Shown here in pieces: positions 19,494 through 29,476 of a stretch of DNA of 64,000 nucleotides; position 1 is the stretch's first letter; each line of letters begins with the position of its first letter. The stretch is taken from IMG/VR virus record IMGVR_UViG_3300038463_000730, positions 310,001 through 374,000 of that record, one strand, 5' to 3'. The position numbers and the translations under genes were made by a program. The notes under the pieces are model-generated. The model saw only the letters and a program-made list of their open reading frames with translations. It did not search any database and was not told the origin of the DNA.

Positions 19494-20303
19494 TTAAGAT
19501 TTTACTACATGGTAAAACAGTAAACGAACCTTCGAGAAGTTCTGGTCTAGCCGTTTCAAACCGTTGATATACGCAACGAATTCAGGCATGTATTCGGAAT
19601 CTGATCTTGCCCACCGTCTAAACGCCCAATAATCGAAACCGATATCTCGGCTGTCCGATTTCATCGTATCAAACCTTTTTGACATAGCATCGGAAGATAG
19701 TGCTCGAACAAACTGCTCCATTTGATTTTCAGTTAGAACCAGGAATGATCCGGTACCCATCGGTTTGTCAAGTGCAAACGTTGGATAGATTTTCTTCGTA
19801 TCCATCAAGATACATTGGTTGAGCGAAACGTATCCTTCAAACTTGTGTCGTTTAAATGTCCAGTCATGCTGGAGCAACTCTAGCAAACTGAACCACGATA
19901 TTCGCCCAGAGCGACTATGATACCGCGCCACCCGTTTGAACTCGTCAGAAGCGTTCTTCGGAACTCCACGGGTAGTCTTCTTACCAAAATGAACTCCATC
20001 CGTTGCAACGGACTTAAGCCGCGAGAACAATAGATTAGAAGTATAGAAACTGAGATTCAGTTTGCATTCTTCAACTAGTTCCCACGGATCGGTCTTTCTC
20101 GGGCCACGACGACGTTCAACCATAAGCTTAAGCTCCGGTTGCATTCCTTGAAATCCTCCGGACATATCAACTTTCCCTTTGCGATAAGAGCTTAAAAAGA
20201 AATCTCCCGACGACTCTGCGTAACTCAAACTATCCTCCAATGCATTTGGCAAGACATATTTGAATAGCCACCTCGGTCCATCGAGAGTATTCTTCGCCAC
20301 CAT
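19494..20303 (-). CDS. hypothetical protein
   Basis: 269 aa, AT-rich ORF. Confidence 0.65.
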   Translation of the reverse strand: MVAKNTLDGPRWLFKYVLPNALEDSLSYAESSGDFFLSSYRKGKVDMSGGFQGMQPELKLMVERRRGPRKTDPWELVEECKLNLSFYTSNLLFSRLKSVATDGVHFGKKTTRGVPKNASDEFKRVARYHSRSGRISWFSLLELLQHDWTFKRHKFEGYVSLNQCILMDTKKIYPTFALDKPMGTGSFLVLTENQMEQFVRALSSDAMSKRFDTMKSDSRDIGFDYWAFRRWARSDSEYMPEFVAYINGLKRLDQNFSKVRLLFYHVVKS

Positions 20304-20333
20304 TTCAGGCAGCGATCGAATGAAGTCCCGTTG

Positions 20334-20942
20334 TTAAACGAGCTTCACTGATACTGAAGCTTTGACTTCGAGCTGCGGAATACGAACGTGATTCGTAATC
20401 TTGTGTTTCTTCGCTTCTTCCGCGGTCAAATACCAGTCTGCTCGACCGAGCCCGTGAACGATATCAGTAATGTAACCTTTCGCCAATCCACAGTTTGTTT
20501 CCATCATCTCGTAGATCAACGTATTCAAACGGTCAGCCTCTTTCACGTCCTGCTTCATTTCCTTCACCTTACCGAAGGAGAACGATGACACATCGTGAAT
20601 CATCAGAGTCGCATGAGGAGCCATATACCGACGTCCCTCCGCGCCACACGTAAACAGGACCGCTCCGCACGACATACCCTTGCCAAGACAGATTGTCGAG
20701 ACCGGAACAGGTGATGTACGGATCGTGTCAACCATTGACATAAGCGAGTAAACGGCTCCTCCGTAGGAATCGATCAGGATCGGAATAATTGGTTGTCCAA
20801 CATCAACCGCTTTCTGAAAAGCTTCCTTGAAATCCTTCGCAGATTGTTCATCGAATTTATTAACCGTAATTACGTACGGCATGTGGATCAAATCTGTAGC
20901 ATTACGATTCTTGAAGTATTTGGAGATCTTTGTTTTAATCAT
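20334..20942 (-). CDS. clpP: ATP-dependent Clp protease proteolytic subunit-like protein
   Basis: IDSYGGAV, GKGMSCGAVL (Ser), LMIHDVS (His), WYLTAEEA. Confidence 0.88.
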   Translation of the reverse strand: MIKTKISKYFKNRNATDLIHMPYVITVNKFDEQSAKDFKEAFQKAVDVGQPIIPILIDSYGGAVYSLMSMVDTIRTSPVPVSTICLGKGMSCGAVLFTCGAEGRRYMAPHATLMIHDVSSFSFGKVKEMKQDVKEADRLNTLIYEMMETNCGLAKGYITDIVHGLGRADWYLTAEEAKKHKITNHVRIPQLEVKASVSVKLV

Positions 20943-21060
20943 CTAAGCGCTCTCGTGGTTGTAATGTTGATAGCCCGTTGGCAGCCCACCCATCTATATC
21001 AGATCATTACAACACTTCGATCGTGTCGTCATATCAAGCAATAATAAGTCATTTTTCTAT

Positions 21061-21588
21061 ATGACCTCTGCTCCAAAATCATTTCGAGATCTGTTGCCAA
21101 AACCAATAGGAATTCCGATACGCGCTAAATCGCATCCATCTCCACCTCCAATGGTGCAGGCACCGCCCGGCTATTATGAACAGAAGGCGATCCAAACTAA
21201 AGAGATGCTTCGCCTTGTTAATTCCCATCGTTGCCCATTATGCGGTGCGCAGCTCGACGGAGGAGTCTACTCCACGGTTGCCGATGTATTCTGTCGCGCC
21301 AATCCTGATGAATACTCTGCGAAGTACAAGCGCGGTACTTCGGTACCGGTCTCATCGGTACAACGAATTTACTACACCGAAACTCTATATGAAGTGGATA
21401 GTACGCATCTGTATGAAGATACATATCGAAACCTCATCTATACGGTCAACATGACAGTCAACGCCAGAGAAAGAATGAAAACGAAGAAGAAGATCGTTGA
21501 CCTGGAGTGCGCTCGAATTGTCTTGAGCAACAAACTCGACGAACCGAATCTACTCCGGAAGATCAAAGCCTACAGGCTATTCGGTTAG
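21061..21588 (+). CDS. hypothetical protein (CxxC; shared C-terminal motif)
   Basis: Plus-strand ORF filling the gap; CPLC; ends KIKAYRLFG. Confidence 0.65.
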   Translation: MTSAPKSFRDLLPKPIGIPIRAKSHPSPPPMVQAPPGYYEQKAIQTKEMLRLVNSHRCPLCGAQLDGGVYSTVADVFCRANPDEYSAKYKRGTSVPVSSVQRIYYTETLYEVDSTHLYEDTYRNLIYTVNMTVNARERMKTKKKIVDLECARIVLSNKLDEPNLLRKIKAYRLFG

Positions 21589-21603
21589 TGCCCATTTTAC
21601 AGC

Positions 21604-22047
21604 TCAGGTCGAATGCTTGAAATATTCAAATCCGCATGCAAAAACTATTTTCAACATATCAATAAAACTTAGTGACATGTTTTCTCTGGCATACTCTTTG
21701 GCTCGTGCTTGCCGTTCTTCAAACCATGTAAGAAACCTTTCCATTTCTTGACGACCTTCTTCGATATTCTCTCCGACATATCGGAGTCGGTCCCATGAAG
21801 CGTATTTTTCGAGACAAAGTTTCGGCTCGTCTGATTCGTAGAAGTCTTTCAACACCATTTCGAGCCAACGACCAGGCGCAGGAAAGTCAAGCCACGGATA
21901 AGGTAGACCCCAATCTTTATGACCTTCGCATGAAGCCTCAGTGGTAAAATGTAGCTCGTTAAAACGAACCACAATATCACGAATGTTCTCATCGATCGGC
22001 AGCCCTAAACCATCCGCCACCTTGTGAACGTTATCACGAGTAATCAT
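21604..22047 (-). CDS. hypothetical protein
   Basis: TEASCEGH...PWLDF motif, 147 aa. Confidence 0.65.
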   Translation of the reverse strand: MITRDNVHKVADGLGLPIDENIRDIVVRFNELHFTTEASCEGHKDWGLPYPWLDFPAPGRWLEMVLKDFYESDEPKLCLEKYASWDRLRYVGENIEEGRQEMERFLTWFEERQARAKEYARENMSLSFIDMLKIVFACGFEYFKHST

Positions 22048-22268
22048 ACTGGCTCTCTTTGGCTAAGCAGCTTCTTGTACCGATTGTGCATCCCGTAAAT
22101 TCCGTAGTACCAAACCAATCCTCCGATAAGAAAGAGCGGGCGCATCGAAGGAATGTTCGGATGGAGAAACATGATTGCCATCTGTCCTCCGAATGCAACA
22201 AACAGATACCAGAGATCATGCGCGATGAACGTAACGAACAAGTTTGTAATCTGTTTATTCAGTTTCAT
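22044..22268 (-). CDS. small membrane protein
   Basis: Two hydrophobic helices. Confidence 0.55.
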   Translation of the reverse strand: MKLNKQITNLFVTFIAHDLWYLFVAFGGQMAIMFLHPNIPSMRPLFLIGGLVWYYGIYGMHNRYKKLLSQREPV

Positions 22269-22270
22269 TT

Positions 22271-22597
22271 CTACACCATAATGATAAGACGTTCTGGAAT
22301 GAATGAGAAGCCAATATGAATTAAGATTGAGTCAGCCATTCTCATAGCACGGGTTCCTCGTTTTTCGTGTCCAGCGGCACCAGGATAAATGATCTCCCAG
22401 GTCCACGCAGCGCCTCCATATTTTCTTCTGACCTCGGCTACTAACTTTCCATCTCTAGTTTTTCTTTGGAAGACCGAAGAAAAGTTTTCTTTATAGTGAA
22501 AGCCAGGTGTCCACGGAAGTAACAGCCCTTCTAGACTATGACGTCCTAATTGAATACGATCGGCACTTATTTTGTTCACTTGCCATACCACGCCCAA
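22271..22597 (-). CDS. LxPW-family hypothetical protein
   Basis: LLLPW...RAMRMADSIL..IGFSFIPERLIIMV, matches the 59229-62212 family. Confidence 0.65.
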   Translation of the reverse strand: MGVVWQVNKISADRIQLGRHSLEGLLLPWTPGFHYKENFSSVFQRKTRDGKLVAEVRRKYGGAAWTWEIIYPGAAGHEKRGTRAMRMADSILIHIGFSFIPERLIIMV

Positions 22598-22971
22598 ATC
22601 GGTTGGACCGCCAAGATTCCGTAATGGGAACCGGCGACGTGGCCCCAGTCCTCATTGTAGATATGGAAGCCTTTACCGTCGCTACCGTCGTGGTCTATGT
22701 AATCCGTGTATCGTTCTTTAGGCTGCTCCTGGAGCCAACCCCAGGCCATATCGGAGCACTCCTTCCAAGCCATCTTGAATGGCAGGGCTAGCGCAGGTTT
22801 AGTAGACCCGCGGTCCATCAAATTATCTTCATGCCATAGTAGAACAAAACCTTTTACGATATGATCGTAGTAATGAGTAGCCCGACGAGTTGCACTTTCG
22901 AACATCAACTCGAAAGATAAGTCGAAATCTTTTCTACCGTGACTCTTGATTGATATGACTCGATTGTCCAT
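22576..22971 (-). CDS. hypothetical protein
   Basis: 131 aa, DHDGSDGKGF motif. Confidence 0.7.
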   Translation of the reverse strand: MDNRVISIKSHGRKDFDLSFELMFESATRRATHYYDHIVKGFVLLWHEDNLMDRGSTKPALALPFKMAWKECSDMAWGWLQEQPKERYTDYIDHDGSDGKGFHIYNEDWGHVAGSHYGILAVQPIWAWYGK

Positions 22972-23239
22972 TTGCTTCTTTCAAAAGTTTAAGCTTGTCG
23001 AGCTTTAAGTAAATCGTAGTTGTTTGACTATAGCCGCAGATATCATAGTCAGGATGTTCCATCGTATCGATTGTTTCGATCACAATGTCTTTGACTAGTT
23101 CGGCAGACTCTCTTTCGATTAGACCGGCGTCAAGCAAAACGCCCGCGACGCAACTTCCGCGTTCTTCAACGCGGCGATGAAGACGGATATGTTTATCGAT
23201 GAGCTTCTGAGTTTCGTTCCAAGTTAAGGGATTTTCCAT
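22934..23239 (-). CDS. hypothetical protein
   Basis: Start moved to ATG 23239. Confidence 0.55.
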   Translation of the reverse strand: MENPLTWNETQKLIDKHIRLHRRVEERGSCVAGVLLDAGLIERESAELVKDIVIETIDTMEHPDYDICGYSQTTTIYLKLDKLKLLKEANGQSSHINQESR

Positions 23240-23957
23240 TAGTATCCTTGAGGGTTGGCCCTCGGTTGTGCAAATGAGCAAAGAGCGCAAGATTATATTC
23301 TCCAAAAGAACCTTGAGTAAGAACGGAAGGTCGAACCCATGCCACGCAGCCTTCCTCGTCTGAGTGGATCTCGCCGGAATATCGTCCGGTGTAAGCCGTG
23401 CAAATGAATTCATGTTCCGTGCGAACGAAGATTTCCTCGGTCGGAATGAAATCCAGCCCGGTTTCTTCTTTCACTTCACGAACGATCGCCTGTTCCGGGG
23501 TTTCGCCCGGGTCTACTTTCCCACCAGGCAACCCGAAGTCGTTCCGGTTATTCTTCCGCGAAACCGCCAGGAACAACCCGTCAGGGCTGTTAATCACCGC
23601 TGTAACGGCTCGACGAAGCTTCGGAGCATCACATGTCGGGCAAGGCAAATCCTCGTGGAGATGGTTCGTGCAATAGTCACAACCTGAACGTGCCCGAGCT
23701 TCGTCTTCCAATTCGAGACGATACATCGTCTCTTCGGAGATGACCTCGTGATTGAACTTGTACTTTCGGTACGACTCGATAAATGTTTTCCAGAAGGCTT
23801 GTTGCGCTTCATTCAGCGCAGCAATTCGGCATCGAATCATTCGCCATGCGGCTTCTGACCCGTTACAGCCTTCAATTACGTGAAAGCGGAATTCTTCGAA
23901 CAATCCTCTGAGTTGGCCCATCCCTTCGGATGTAGGGCCGGGATCGGCACTCGACAA
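23193..23957 (-). CDS. Nudix hydrolase with N-terminal extension and CxxC pair
   Basis: Nudix box GLPGGKVDPGETPEQAIVREVKEETGL; CDYC...CPTC. Confidence 0.85.
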   Translation of the reverse strand: MSSADPGPTSEGMGQLRGLFEEFRFHVIEGCNGSEAAWRMIRCRIAALNEAQQAFWKTFIESYRKYKFNHEVISEETMYRLELEDEARARSGCDYCTNHLHEDLPCPTCDAPKLRRAVTAVINSPDGLFLAVSRKNNRNDFGLPGGKVDPGETPEQAIVREVKEETGLDFIPTEEIFVRTEHEFICTAYTGRYSGEIHSDEEGCVAWVRPSVLTQGSFGEYNLALFAHLHNRGPTLKDTNGKSLNLERNSEAHR

Positions 23958-23977
23958 AACTCAAAACGTTAAACGAC

Positions 23978-24008
23978 AAAAGGCCCGGGAGCTTAGCTCC
24001 CGAGCCTT
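23978..24008 (-). terminator. intrinsic terminator
   Basis: Minus strand AAGGCTCGGGAGC-TAA-GCTCCCGGGCCTTTT. Confidence 0.8.
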
Positions 24009-24028
24009 CTGCCGCCGTGGGCCGCTGA

Positions 24029-24535
24029 TCACTTCGCAGTGAACTGGCCGCGCCCCGTCTTCGTGAACAGCTCGCCGTTCTTCGAGAGACAGGTGAAGAT
24101 GCTCATGTAGGCGTTCTTCGAATTGGTCTTCCAATCCGTCTTCGCCCTCAGGAGCGCCTCGGCCTCCTTCGCGTTGACCGGCGACCCGTGCCCCTTGAGA
24201 ACCTCCGTGAGGTACTCGGCGAGCGGCTTCGAGTTCACCGCACGCGGACCACGCGAACCCGTGCCGCCACCCGACTTGCGCCGCTTGGCCAGCGTGCCGG
24301 TCAGATCGGCGAGCCGCTTCGCGAGCCCGTCACGGGTCTCGTCGAGCTTCTCGATCTGCGTCTTGATGCTCGTGACCTCCTGCTCACGTCGCGCCTCGAC
24401 CTGGGCCTGGAGGCTGTCGAACGACATTGCCGCGATGGCCTTGTCGATCTGCACAACCGGCTTCGGCGGGGGCGTGGGCTTCGCAGCCGGAGCCGGAGTC
24501 ACAGTCGCCGCAACCTTGTTCTTCTTGCTTGCCAT
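24029..24535 (-). CDS. putative nucleoid-associated/DNA-binding protein (coiled coil + winged helix)
   Basis: Start moved to ATG 24535 (GAGG RBS); coiled coil, basic linker KRRKSGGG, wHTH-like end FTKTGRGQF; very GC-rich codons. Confidence 0.65.
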   Translation of the reverse strand: MASKKNKVAATVTPAPAAKPTPPPKPVVQIDKAIAAMSFDSLQAQVEARREQEVTSIKTQIEKLDETRDGLAKRLADLTGTLAKRRKSGGGTGSRGPRAVNSKPLAEYLTEVLKGHGSPVNAKEAEALLRAKTDWKTNSKNAYMSIFTCLSKNGELFTKTGRGQFTAK

Positions 24536-24629
24536 GATGTTACCCTCTTCTCTTCTTGGTCCGGTTTTCTTTCCGGTTGCCGCCCTCCCGTGGTCACCGT
24601 GACCAAGTTGAGCGCGTCTCGTAAGCAAC

Positions 24630-24657
24630 ATCATAAGCCGGTCTACTAAGACGTCAA
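24630..24657 (-). promoter_or_regulatory. sigma70-type promoter
   Basis: TTGACG-16 bp-TATGAT upstream of 24535. Confidence 0.55.
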
Positions 24658-24915
24658 CATACTTTCCTCACTACTATTCTCTTTTCTATTTCGATGCGGT
24701 TCTCACGGTTCGGGAGATTCAGAAAAGTAGATCTTAGCTAAGCCGGTTTTATCAGTGATTACGCGGCTCTACGAGCTATTCCCGTCCGTAACCCTCTGCA
24801 CTGCAAGAGGCGCAATAGCAGAAGCCGAACGTTGGCAACCACGACCAAACAGGGCCCAGATCCTCAAGGAGGCGGCGCGCGAACCAGTAGATGTGGCCCA
24901 GCCTAACGCGGTGCA

Positions 24916-25206
24916 TCAGTCACTCTGCTCGTGAAGCTCGCCCGTGTCATCCCAGCGAAAGCCCAGCGCACCGTGGTATCCTCCAGTATGAGGAGCCATG
25001 ACGCACTTCAACTCGGTCGAATGGCGGCTTCCAAAGTGGTAGCGCAGCGACTTTTCGACCGAACTCTCTCGGGCAACCACGAGAACATGGCCACATATCA
25101 CACTCGACTGTCCAGTAAGGAGAGCTTCGGCATGTTTGGCGCGCTCTCTCCAATACTCAGCATCAGCGCAAAACTGGCGAGCGGATTCGTGCCAACCACC
25201 ACCCAT
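24916..25206 (-). CDS. hypothetical protein
   Basis: Start moved to ATG 25206; C/H residues. Confidence 0.45.
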   Translation of the reverse strand: MGGGWHESARQFCADAEYWRERAKHAEALLTGQSSVICGHVLVVARESSVEKSLRYHFGSRHSTELKCVMAPHTGGYHGALGFRWDDTGELHEQSD

Positions 25207-25268
25207 GATTGGTACTAATAGACGTTTCAAAAAGCTACTGAGTTTCATTGAACGAAAGTCGAGAAGTG

Positions 25269-25478
25269 TCAGTCGCATGGCTCAAGTTCTATCGTTTCGA
25301 GCACTTTCATCTTCGACTCGGAAATGAAATAACGAACGATACGGTCCGGATCTTGCTTCTTAAGCACGTAAACCGGAAACCGGACGCCATCGGTCAAATC
25401 TCTGACCAATATCAGCGCTCGGCATCCGGCTTCCCGTGCATGCGCAATCCAGTCTTCTCGCTCGATGTCCTTATCCAC
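25269..25478 (-). CDS. hypothetical protein
   Basis: 69 aa ORF. Confidence 0.55.
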   Translation of the reverse strand: MDKDIEREDWIAHAREAGCRALILVRDLTDGVRFPVYVLKKQDPDRIVRYFISESKMKVLETIELEPCD

Positions 25479-25616
25479 TAAGCGCCGTTATCAGTCCCAG
25501 AATAATACCTGTCGTCATCATTCCGAAACAAAGAATTCGGTTATTCTTTTCCTGGCTGTAAATTCCAAGTAATAGAAAAGCGAAACAACTCAAGCCAAGA
25601 TAGAGGTAATCAACCA

Positions 25617-25880
25617 TTAATCTTGTCCTTCATCCCACAATTTTGTGGCAGGGAAAAAGGCGCCTACCTTCGTAACGCATTCACAGACCTCGATATTCTC
25701 CGGGATTTTCGAGACCTTGTCGTATTTCATTCTGAGATGGTTCTTCAACGCGCCTTTTGAAGACCAAGTCTTTCCGTTTGACGACCAACGGGGGTAAGTA
25801 CCTCCACCACTAAAGAGGCCTGTCTTTGCGTCACGCAGTTTGTAGACGATTACGATTTCCGGTTGAATTGCTTTTGCCAT
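25617..25880 (-). CDS. hypothetical protein
   Basis: YKLRDAKTGLFSGGG..PRWSSNGKTW motif. Confidence 0.65.
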   Translation of the reverse strand: MAKAIQPEIVIVYKLRDAKTGLFSGGGTYPRWSSNGKTWSSKGALKNHLRMKYDKVSKIPENIEVCECVTKVGAFFPATKLWDEGQD

Positions 25881-26125
25881 TTCGGATCTTTCTGTGGATC
25901 ATAATCTGCCCGATACATTTCCGGGTGCTTCATCCGGCTCGGCAGATTTGTGATTATCTTCAAAGGAAGGATGTAAAGATAAGCGTATGTTTTCCAAGAA
26001 GCGGCGTTTCCATGATTGTATTCAGATTTGTAGAAAACGACGCAGCCAATAGCCCAGAAAAGTGTCCACAAAGAAAGCACCGACCCAAAGACAACTAAAA
26101 AGGCGTGCATTAAAGTCCCAGCCAT
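25850..26125 (-). CDS. small membrane protein
   Basis: Hydrophobic N-terminal helix. Confidence 0.55.
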   Translation of the reverse strand: MAGTLMHAFLVVFGSVLSLWTLFWAIGCVVFYKSEYNHGNAASWKTYAYLYILPLKIITNLPSRMKHPEMYRADYDPQKDPKWQKQFNRKS

Positions 26126-26364
26126 ACTTTCTGTTCAAAAGCAAACTCGTAAACTTCTTCGAGTAAGTTCTGTAAATCGCCCGGAGACTTAACCTCTGAA
26201 CGAAAACGCTTCGGAAACGGACTAGTACGAAAGACGCTGGAGTCTTCCAACTTTTCCGCAACCATCTCTCGAACCTTCGGTAGACTTTTCTTCAGTTCTT
26301 TTTCGTTCATCTTTTGAATGGATGAAACGAGAATCCGCATGTCTAGGCGGGATTTCCAGAACAT
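26110..26364 (-). CDS. hypothetical protein
   Basis: Ends LLEEVYEFAFEQKVWLGL. Confidence 0.6.
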   Translation of the reverse strand: MFWKSRLDMRILVSSIQKMNEKELKKSLPKVREMVAEKLEDSSVFRTSPFPKRFRSEVKSPGDLQNLLEEVYEFAFEQKVWLGL

Positions 26365-26371
26365 AGTTCCC

Positions 26372-26851
26372 TTATGACTTCACGTTCGGGACGGACGTCG
26401 GATCCGTTCCGGTCGGAGCCGGAACAGGGACGATGACGGGCTTGGGCTCGATCGCCTTCTCCAGCCGCTTGAACCAAGCCTCGGCGCGCTTGGCCTCGTA
26501 CGAGTCGATCATGCTGGCAGCCCAACCGAATGTGTAGCGATACATCGTATCGCAGAACTTGTAGATGAATCCGTTCTTCATGAACGGGCTCAGAAGAACC
26601 GGCTCTTCGGCCTTCAACGGCTTCGCTGTATCTTTCACGATGTCAACCTCCGTCGTATTGTTTGCAGGCATGTAACGAGTGATTATCGCTTGCTCTTCTG
26701 TCGAAGCAGGTTGTCCAGATAGATCCCAGGTGCCATCCCGATTCTGGTCAGCCAGAACCACCAAGCCGCCATCGTAGCGGATAACAACGCGCCCCGGCTT
26801 CGTTGTGTAGAGAACTTCATACGCCATGCCACCAATCGTAACTGTGTTCAT
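26372..26851 (-). CDS. hypothetical protein
   Basis: 159 aa with GGAAG RBS. Confidence 0.7.
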   Translation of the reverse strand: MNTVTIGGMAYEVLYTTKPGRVVIRYDGGLVVLADQNRDGTWDLSGQPASTEEQAIITRYMPANNTTEVDIVKDTAKPLKAEEPVLLSPFMKNGFIYKFCDTMYRYTFGWAASMIDSYEAKRAEAWFKRLEKAIEPKPVIVPVPAPTGTDPTSVPNVKS

Positions 26852-26863
26852 CTTACTCTTCCT

Positions 26864-27078
26864 TTACGTGCCGGTTAAATCTTTGACTGCTGAGACAAGT
26901 GCAAACTGCTTCTTAAGCCTATCAAGCTCTGATTCTAGTTCCTGAATGCGCAACGCTTTATGTGACGCGATCTCGACCGTCAAACGCAACGTATCGATTG
27001 CGGTTTGCTTCTCTTCTGGAGAAGGGCTGCCTGAAGCACGTCCAGGGCTTCTCGTGCCGCGGAGACGTGTATGGTCAT
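26864..27078 (-). pseudogene. coiled-coil ORF interrupted by a 1-nt frameshift (or sequencing error)
   Basis: MTIHVSAAREALDVLQAAL continues in another frame as SPEEKQTAIDTLRL...KDLTGT*; span is 215 nt, one short of 216. Confidence 0.5.
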
Positions 27079-27187
27079 TTTACCCGTATCTCGACGCTCT
27101 GATTTCGTGTCCATATTAGATATGTGTCCCTAATCGGTGGGACAGTTTGCTGAAGGTCGATCTCGACAGATCACAACATTGAAACGT

Positions 27188-27652
27188 TCATTTGCCCTTC
27201 GGTTTGTTTTTGCTTCCCTTCGGGCGACCACGCCGTTTCGTTACGACTGGTTGAAGATTTTTCTCCACCTTCTCACCACTGTTAGGTGCCACATTATTTT
27301 CCGGTATAGATACGTCAGCATTCTTTTCCACTGGCATCTTGCCATCAGGATTCAGGAGCCGATTCAGAAAGGCTACGACTTGCTCGTGACCTCCACGTTC
27401 GGCAAACTTATAGAGTGGGCCGAATTCATGCGGAACTTTTTCACGCAGCTCGACGAAAACTTGCTCTTTCAGAGCAGGCTCGCTAGCGCCGATCTTTTCG
27501 ACCGCTCCGATCAAATCGTAGCGAACGGCACCGGGATCATCCCAGCTGACGCTACGTCCCTCGTTATCTCTGGCGAACCAATTCGTAGTGAAAGACTTAG
27601 GATCTTTGATCAGATCATAGACTTTCGAAATGAATTCGTGTGTGTTTTTCAT
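27188..27652 (-). CDS. hypothetical protein with AT-hook-like tail
   Basis: Ends KRRGRPKGSKNKPKGK. Confidence 0.65.
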   Translation of the reverse strand: MKNTHEFISKVYDLIKDPKSFTTNWFARDNEGRSVSWDDPGAVRYDLIGAVEKIGASEPALKEQVFVELREKVPHEFGPLYKFAERGGHEQVVAFLNRLLNPDGKMPVEKNADVSIPENNVAPNSGEKVEKNLQPVVTKRRGRPKGSKNKPKGK

Positions 27653-27884
27653 GTTCCTAAATTAGTGGTGGTTACGGTCAGGAAGATCCAATCTTGGGTC
27701 TTTCCGTGTGCTCAACCTCGGTACCAAAGGAAGTGCTGGGTCAATTTTTAGCTAACGACAGGATAGCCATTTGCCGCCGAAGATTCCTGTTTCGCCGCAA
27801 CTTTTGCGACTAAAGAACCACCGCCCTCCTTCACAGTAATCCTGCACAGCTCTCGACAACCGAAAGCCTCGAAACATTTGCGAC

Positions 27885-28433
27885 CTAGTAAAAAGTATGC
27901 AGCCGATCGAGACGTTTGCAAAGTTGAATCAAATCGATCAGCTCATCGAATGTGAAATCTTTCACGACGTTCTGTTCAAACCTTCGTGCCCACTTCTTCA
28001 TGTTGAATCGTGAGTCGTCCGGAACATTCAACCAAACCTGAGAGTAATAGTTCTTCTCCGGGATAAACTCAACAATGTTAAGGCTCATTGTCTTGTAGGT
28101 CGTGATATCACCAAGAACATACTTGTCAAGCAACGGTCTCGTTTCAACAACGATAACAAATGGTCCGATAATGATGTCCTCGAACAGATGCGAGGTGCGC
28201 ATGTTCACACCTAGACTGGCAAGCGCCATAATAATCGAATCACGATTGCTGTTCGTGATGTTCGGAACTAGTTTGGTGCGGTAGCTGTCCGGATCATAAT
28301 CACCGTCATCATACCAGCCTTCGAAGCCCCAATCTTCGTCATAAGAAGACGAATCATAGCAAGAAGACGGATCACCCCAGAAAGGAATGCACTCCCTCGA
28401 CACACCAAAGTTTTCAGCCTTCTTGTTCCGCAT
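27885..28433 (-). CDS. hypothetical protein (shared C-terminal motif)
   Basis: Ends KRLDRLHTFY. Confidence 0.65.
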   Translation of the reverse strand: MRNKKAENFGVSRECIPFWGDPSSCYDSSSYDEDWGFEGWYDDGDYDPDSYRTKLVPNITNSNRDSIIMALASLGVNMRTSHLFEDIIIGPFVIVVETRPLLDKYVLGDITTYKTMSLNIVEFIPEKNYYSQVWLNVPDDSRFNMKKWARRFEQNVVKDFTFDELIDLIQLCKRLDRLHTFY

Positions 28434-28468
28434 GACAAAGTCCGATTTGTATATACGTAATTATTCAA

Positions 28469-28852
28469 CTACCAAACTTCGATGTCTATGACTCCGTACT
28501 CAAGGATCTCTGTGATACACCGGTTCGCTTCGCCTATATGGTACGGAGCATTGAACCCTTCTTGAGTCGTAAGGCAGCTATATAACGCCTTGTACAGGTT
28601 ACCAATAGCCATGTAGTAGTAATCTATGGTAGTTTGATATTGAGCGTTTTGAACGTTTCGATCGAGGTCGTGACCAACTTTCCATAGAGCATCTACATTG
28701 TTTTGCTTCCCGGCAAACGCTGCACTACGAAGAAAACGTTCCAAAGTCTTCGAGTCGATCAACTCACAATGTCGAGGCACCGGCAACGCCTGCCAGCGCT
28801 TGAACGCTCGACGGATCGACTCTAGGTGAGTTAACATGATAAAACCCATCAA
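28469..28852 (-). CDS. hypothetical protein
   Basis: 127 aa ORF. Confidence 0.55.
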   Translation of the reverse strand: MMGFIMLTHLESIRRAFKRWQALPVPRHCELIDSKTLERFLRSAAFAGKQNNVDALWKVGHDLDRNVQNAQYQTTIDYYYMAIGNLYKALYSCLTTQEGFNAPYHIGEANRCITEILEYGVIDIEVW

Positions 28853-28874
28853 ATAGAATTGATGGGCCTATCGT

Positions 28875-29399
28875 CTATTTTATGCGCCCCGTCCAGTCAC
28901 CAAAGGCACCAGCAAGCCTAGCTTGACGCATTCCAGGGGCAACCTTCAACCAAGCATCATATGGCATATCACGCCTGATATAATTACATCTAATGCATGC
29001 AGGAACAACATTGTCTTTAGTGTGTCCCCGGTTATTATCCACTCTGTCAAGAGTCATTCGTAAGGATGTTTCACCGCAGTATTCACAGCCTTGGCTAATT
29101 TTATCTGCGACCCAATCTTTGGTCAAATCAAAAACGTGACCATGTTTTTGATCGGCTTTTCTAGAATCAGTCATTATCCAACGCGCAACATCTATGTTGT
29201 TTTTGCGCATCAATTTAACTTTTTGCTGATATTTCTTATGCCTGTGTTTGTATCCTTCTGGATTTCGCAAACCTCTTTCGGTCCGTTTAATGCTCTCACA
29301 TTTTACACAACGGCTTCGCAGTTTGGAATCACTTCCAGCGCGAAATGGAAACGGCGTCTCATCAGAATTCTTCCCACATGATGAGCATATTTTCGACAT
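28875..29399 (-). CDS. HNH-type endonuclease
   Basis: CSSC..CVKC; CEYC...TLDRVDNNRGHTKDNVVPACIRCN; starts 5 nt after tRNA-Gly. Confidence 0.8.
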   Translation of the reverse strand: MSKICSSCGKNSDETPFPFRAGSDSKLRSRCVKCESIKRTERGLRNPEGYKHRHKKYQQKVKLMRKNNIDVARWIMTDSRKADQKHGHVFDLTKDWVADKISQGCEYCGETSLRMTLDRVDNNRGHTKDNVVPACIRCNYIRRDMPYDAWLKVAPGMRQARLAGAFGDWTGRIK

Positions 29400-29403
29400 T
29401 CAG

Positions 29404-29476
29404 AGCGAACAGCCGGGCTCGAACCGGCGACAGTCTGATTGGAAATCAGACACTCTACCAACTGAGTTATGTTCGC
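29404..29476 (-). tRNA. trnG: tRNA-Gly(TCC)
   Basis: Full cloverleaf, anticodon arm TCTGA-TT-TCC-AA-TCAGA. Confidence 0.93.

Noticed and set aside
24852-24880. SRP RNA helix 8-like sequence CAGATCC-TCAA-GGAGGCGGC (plus strand)
   Set aside because: The GNRA loop and the conserved AGG/GCA internal-loop residues are altered, and there is no long flanking helix
24800-24910. HDV-like/theta ribozyme
   Set aside because: Could not build consistent P1-P2-P3 pseudoknot pairings on either strand
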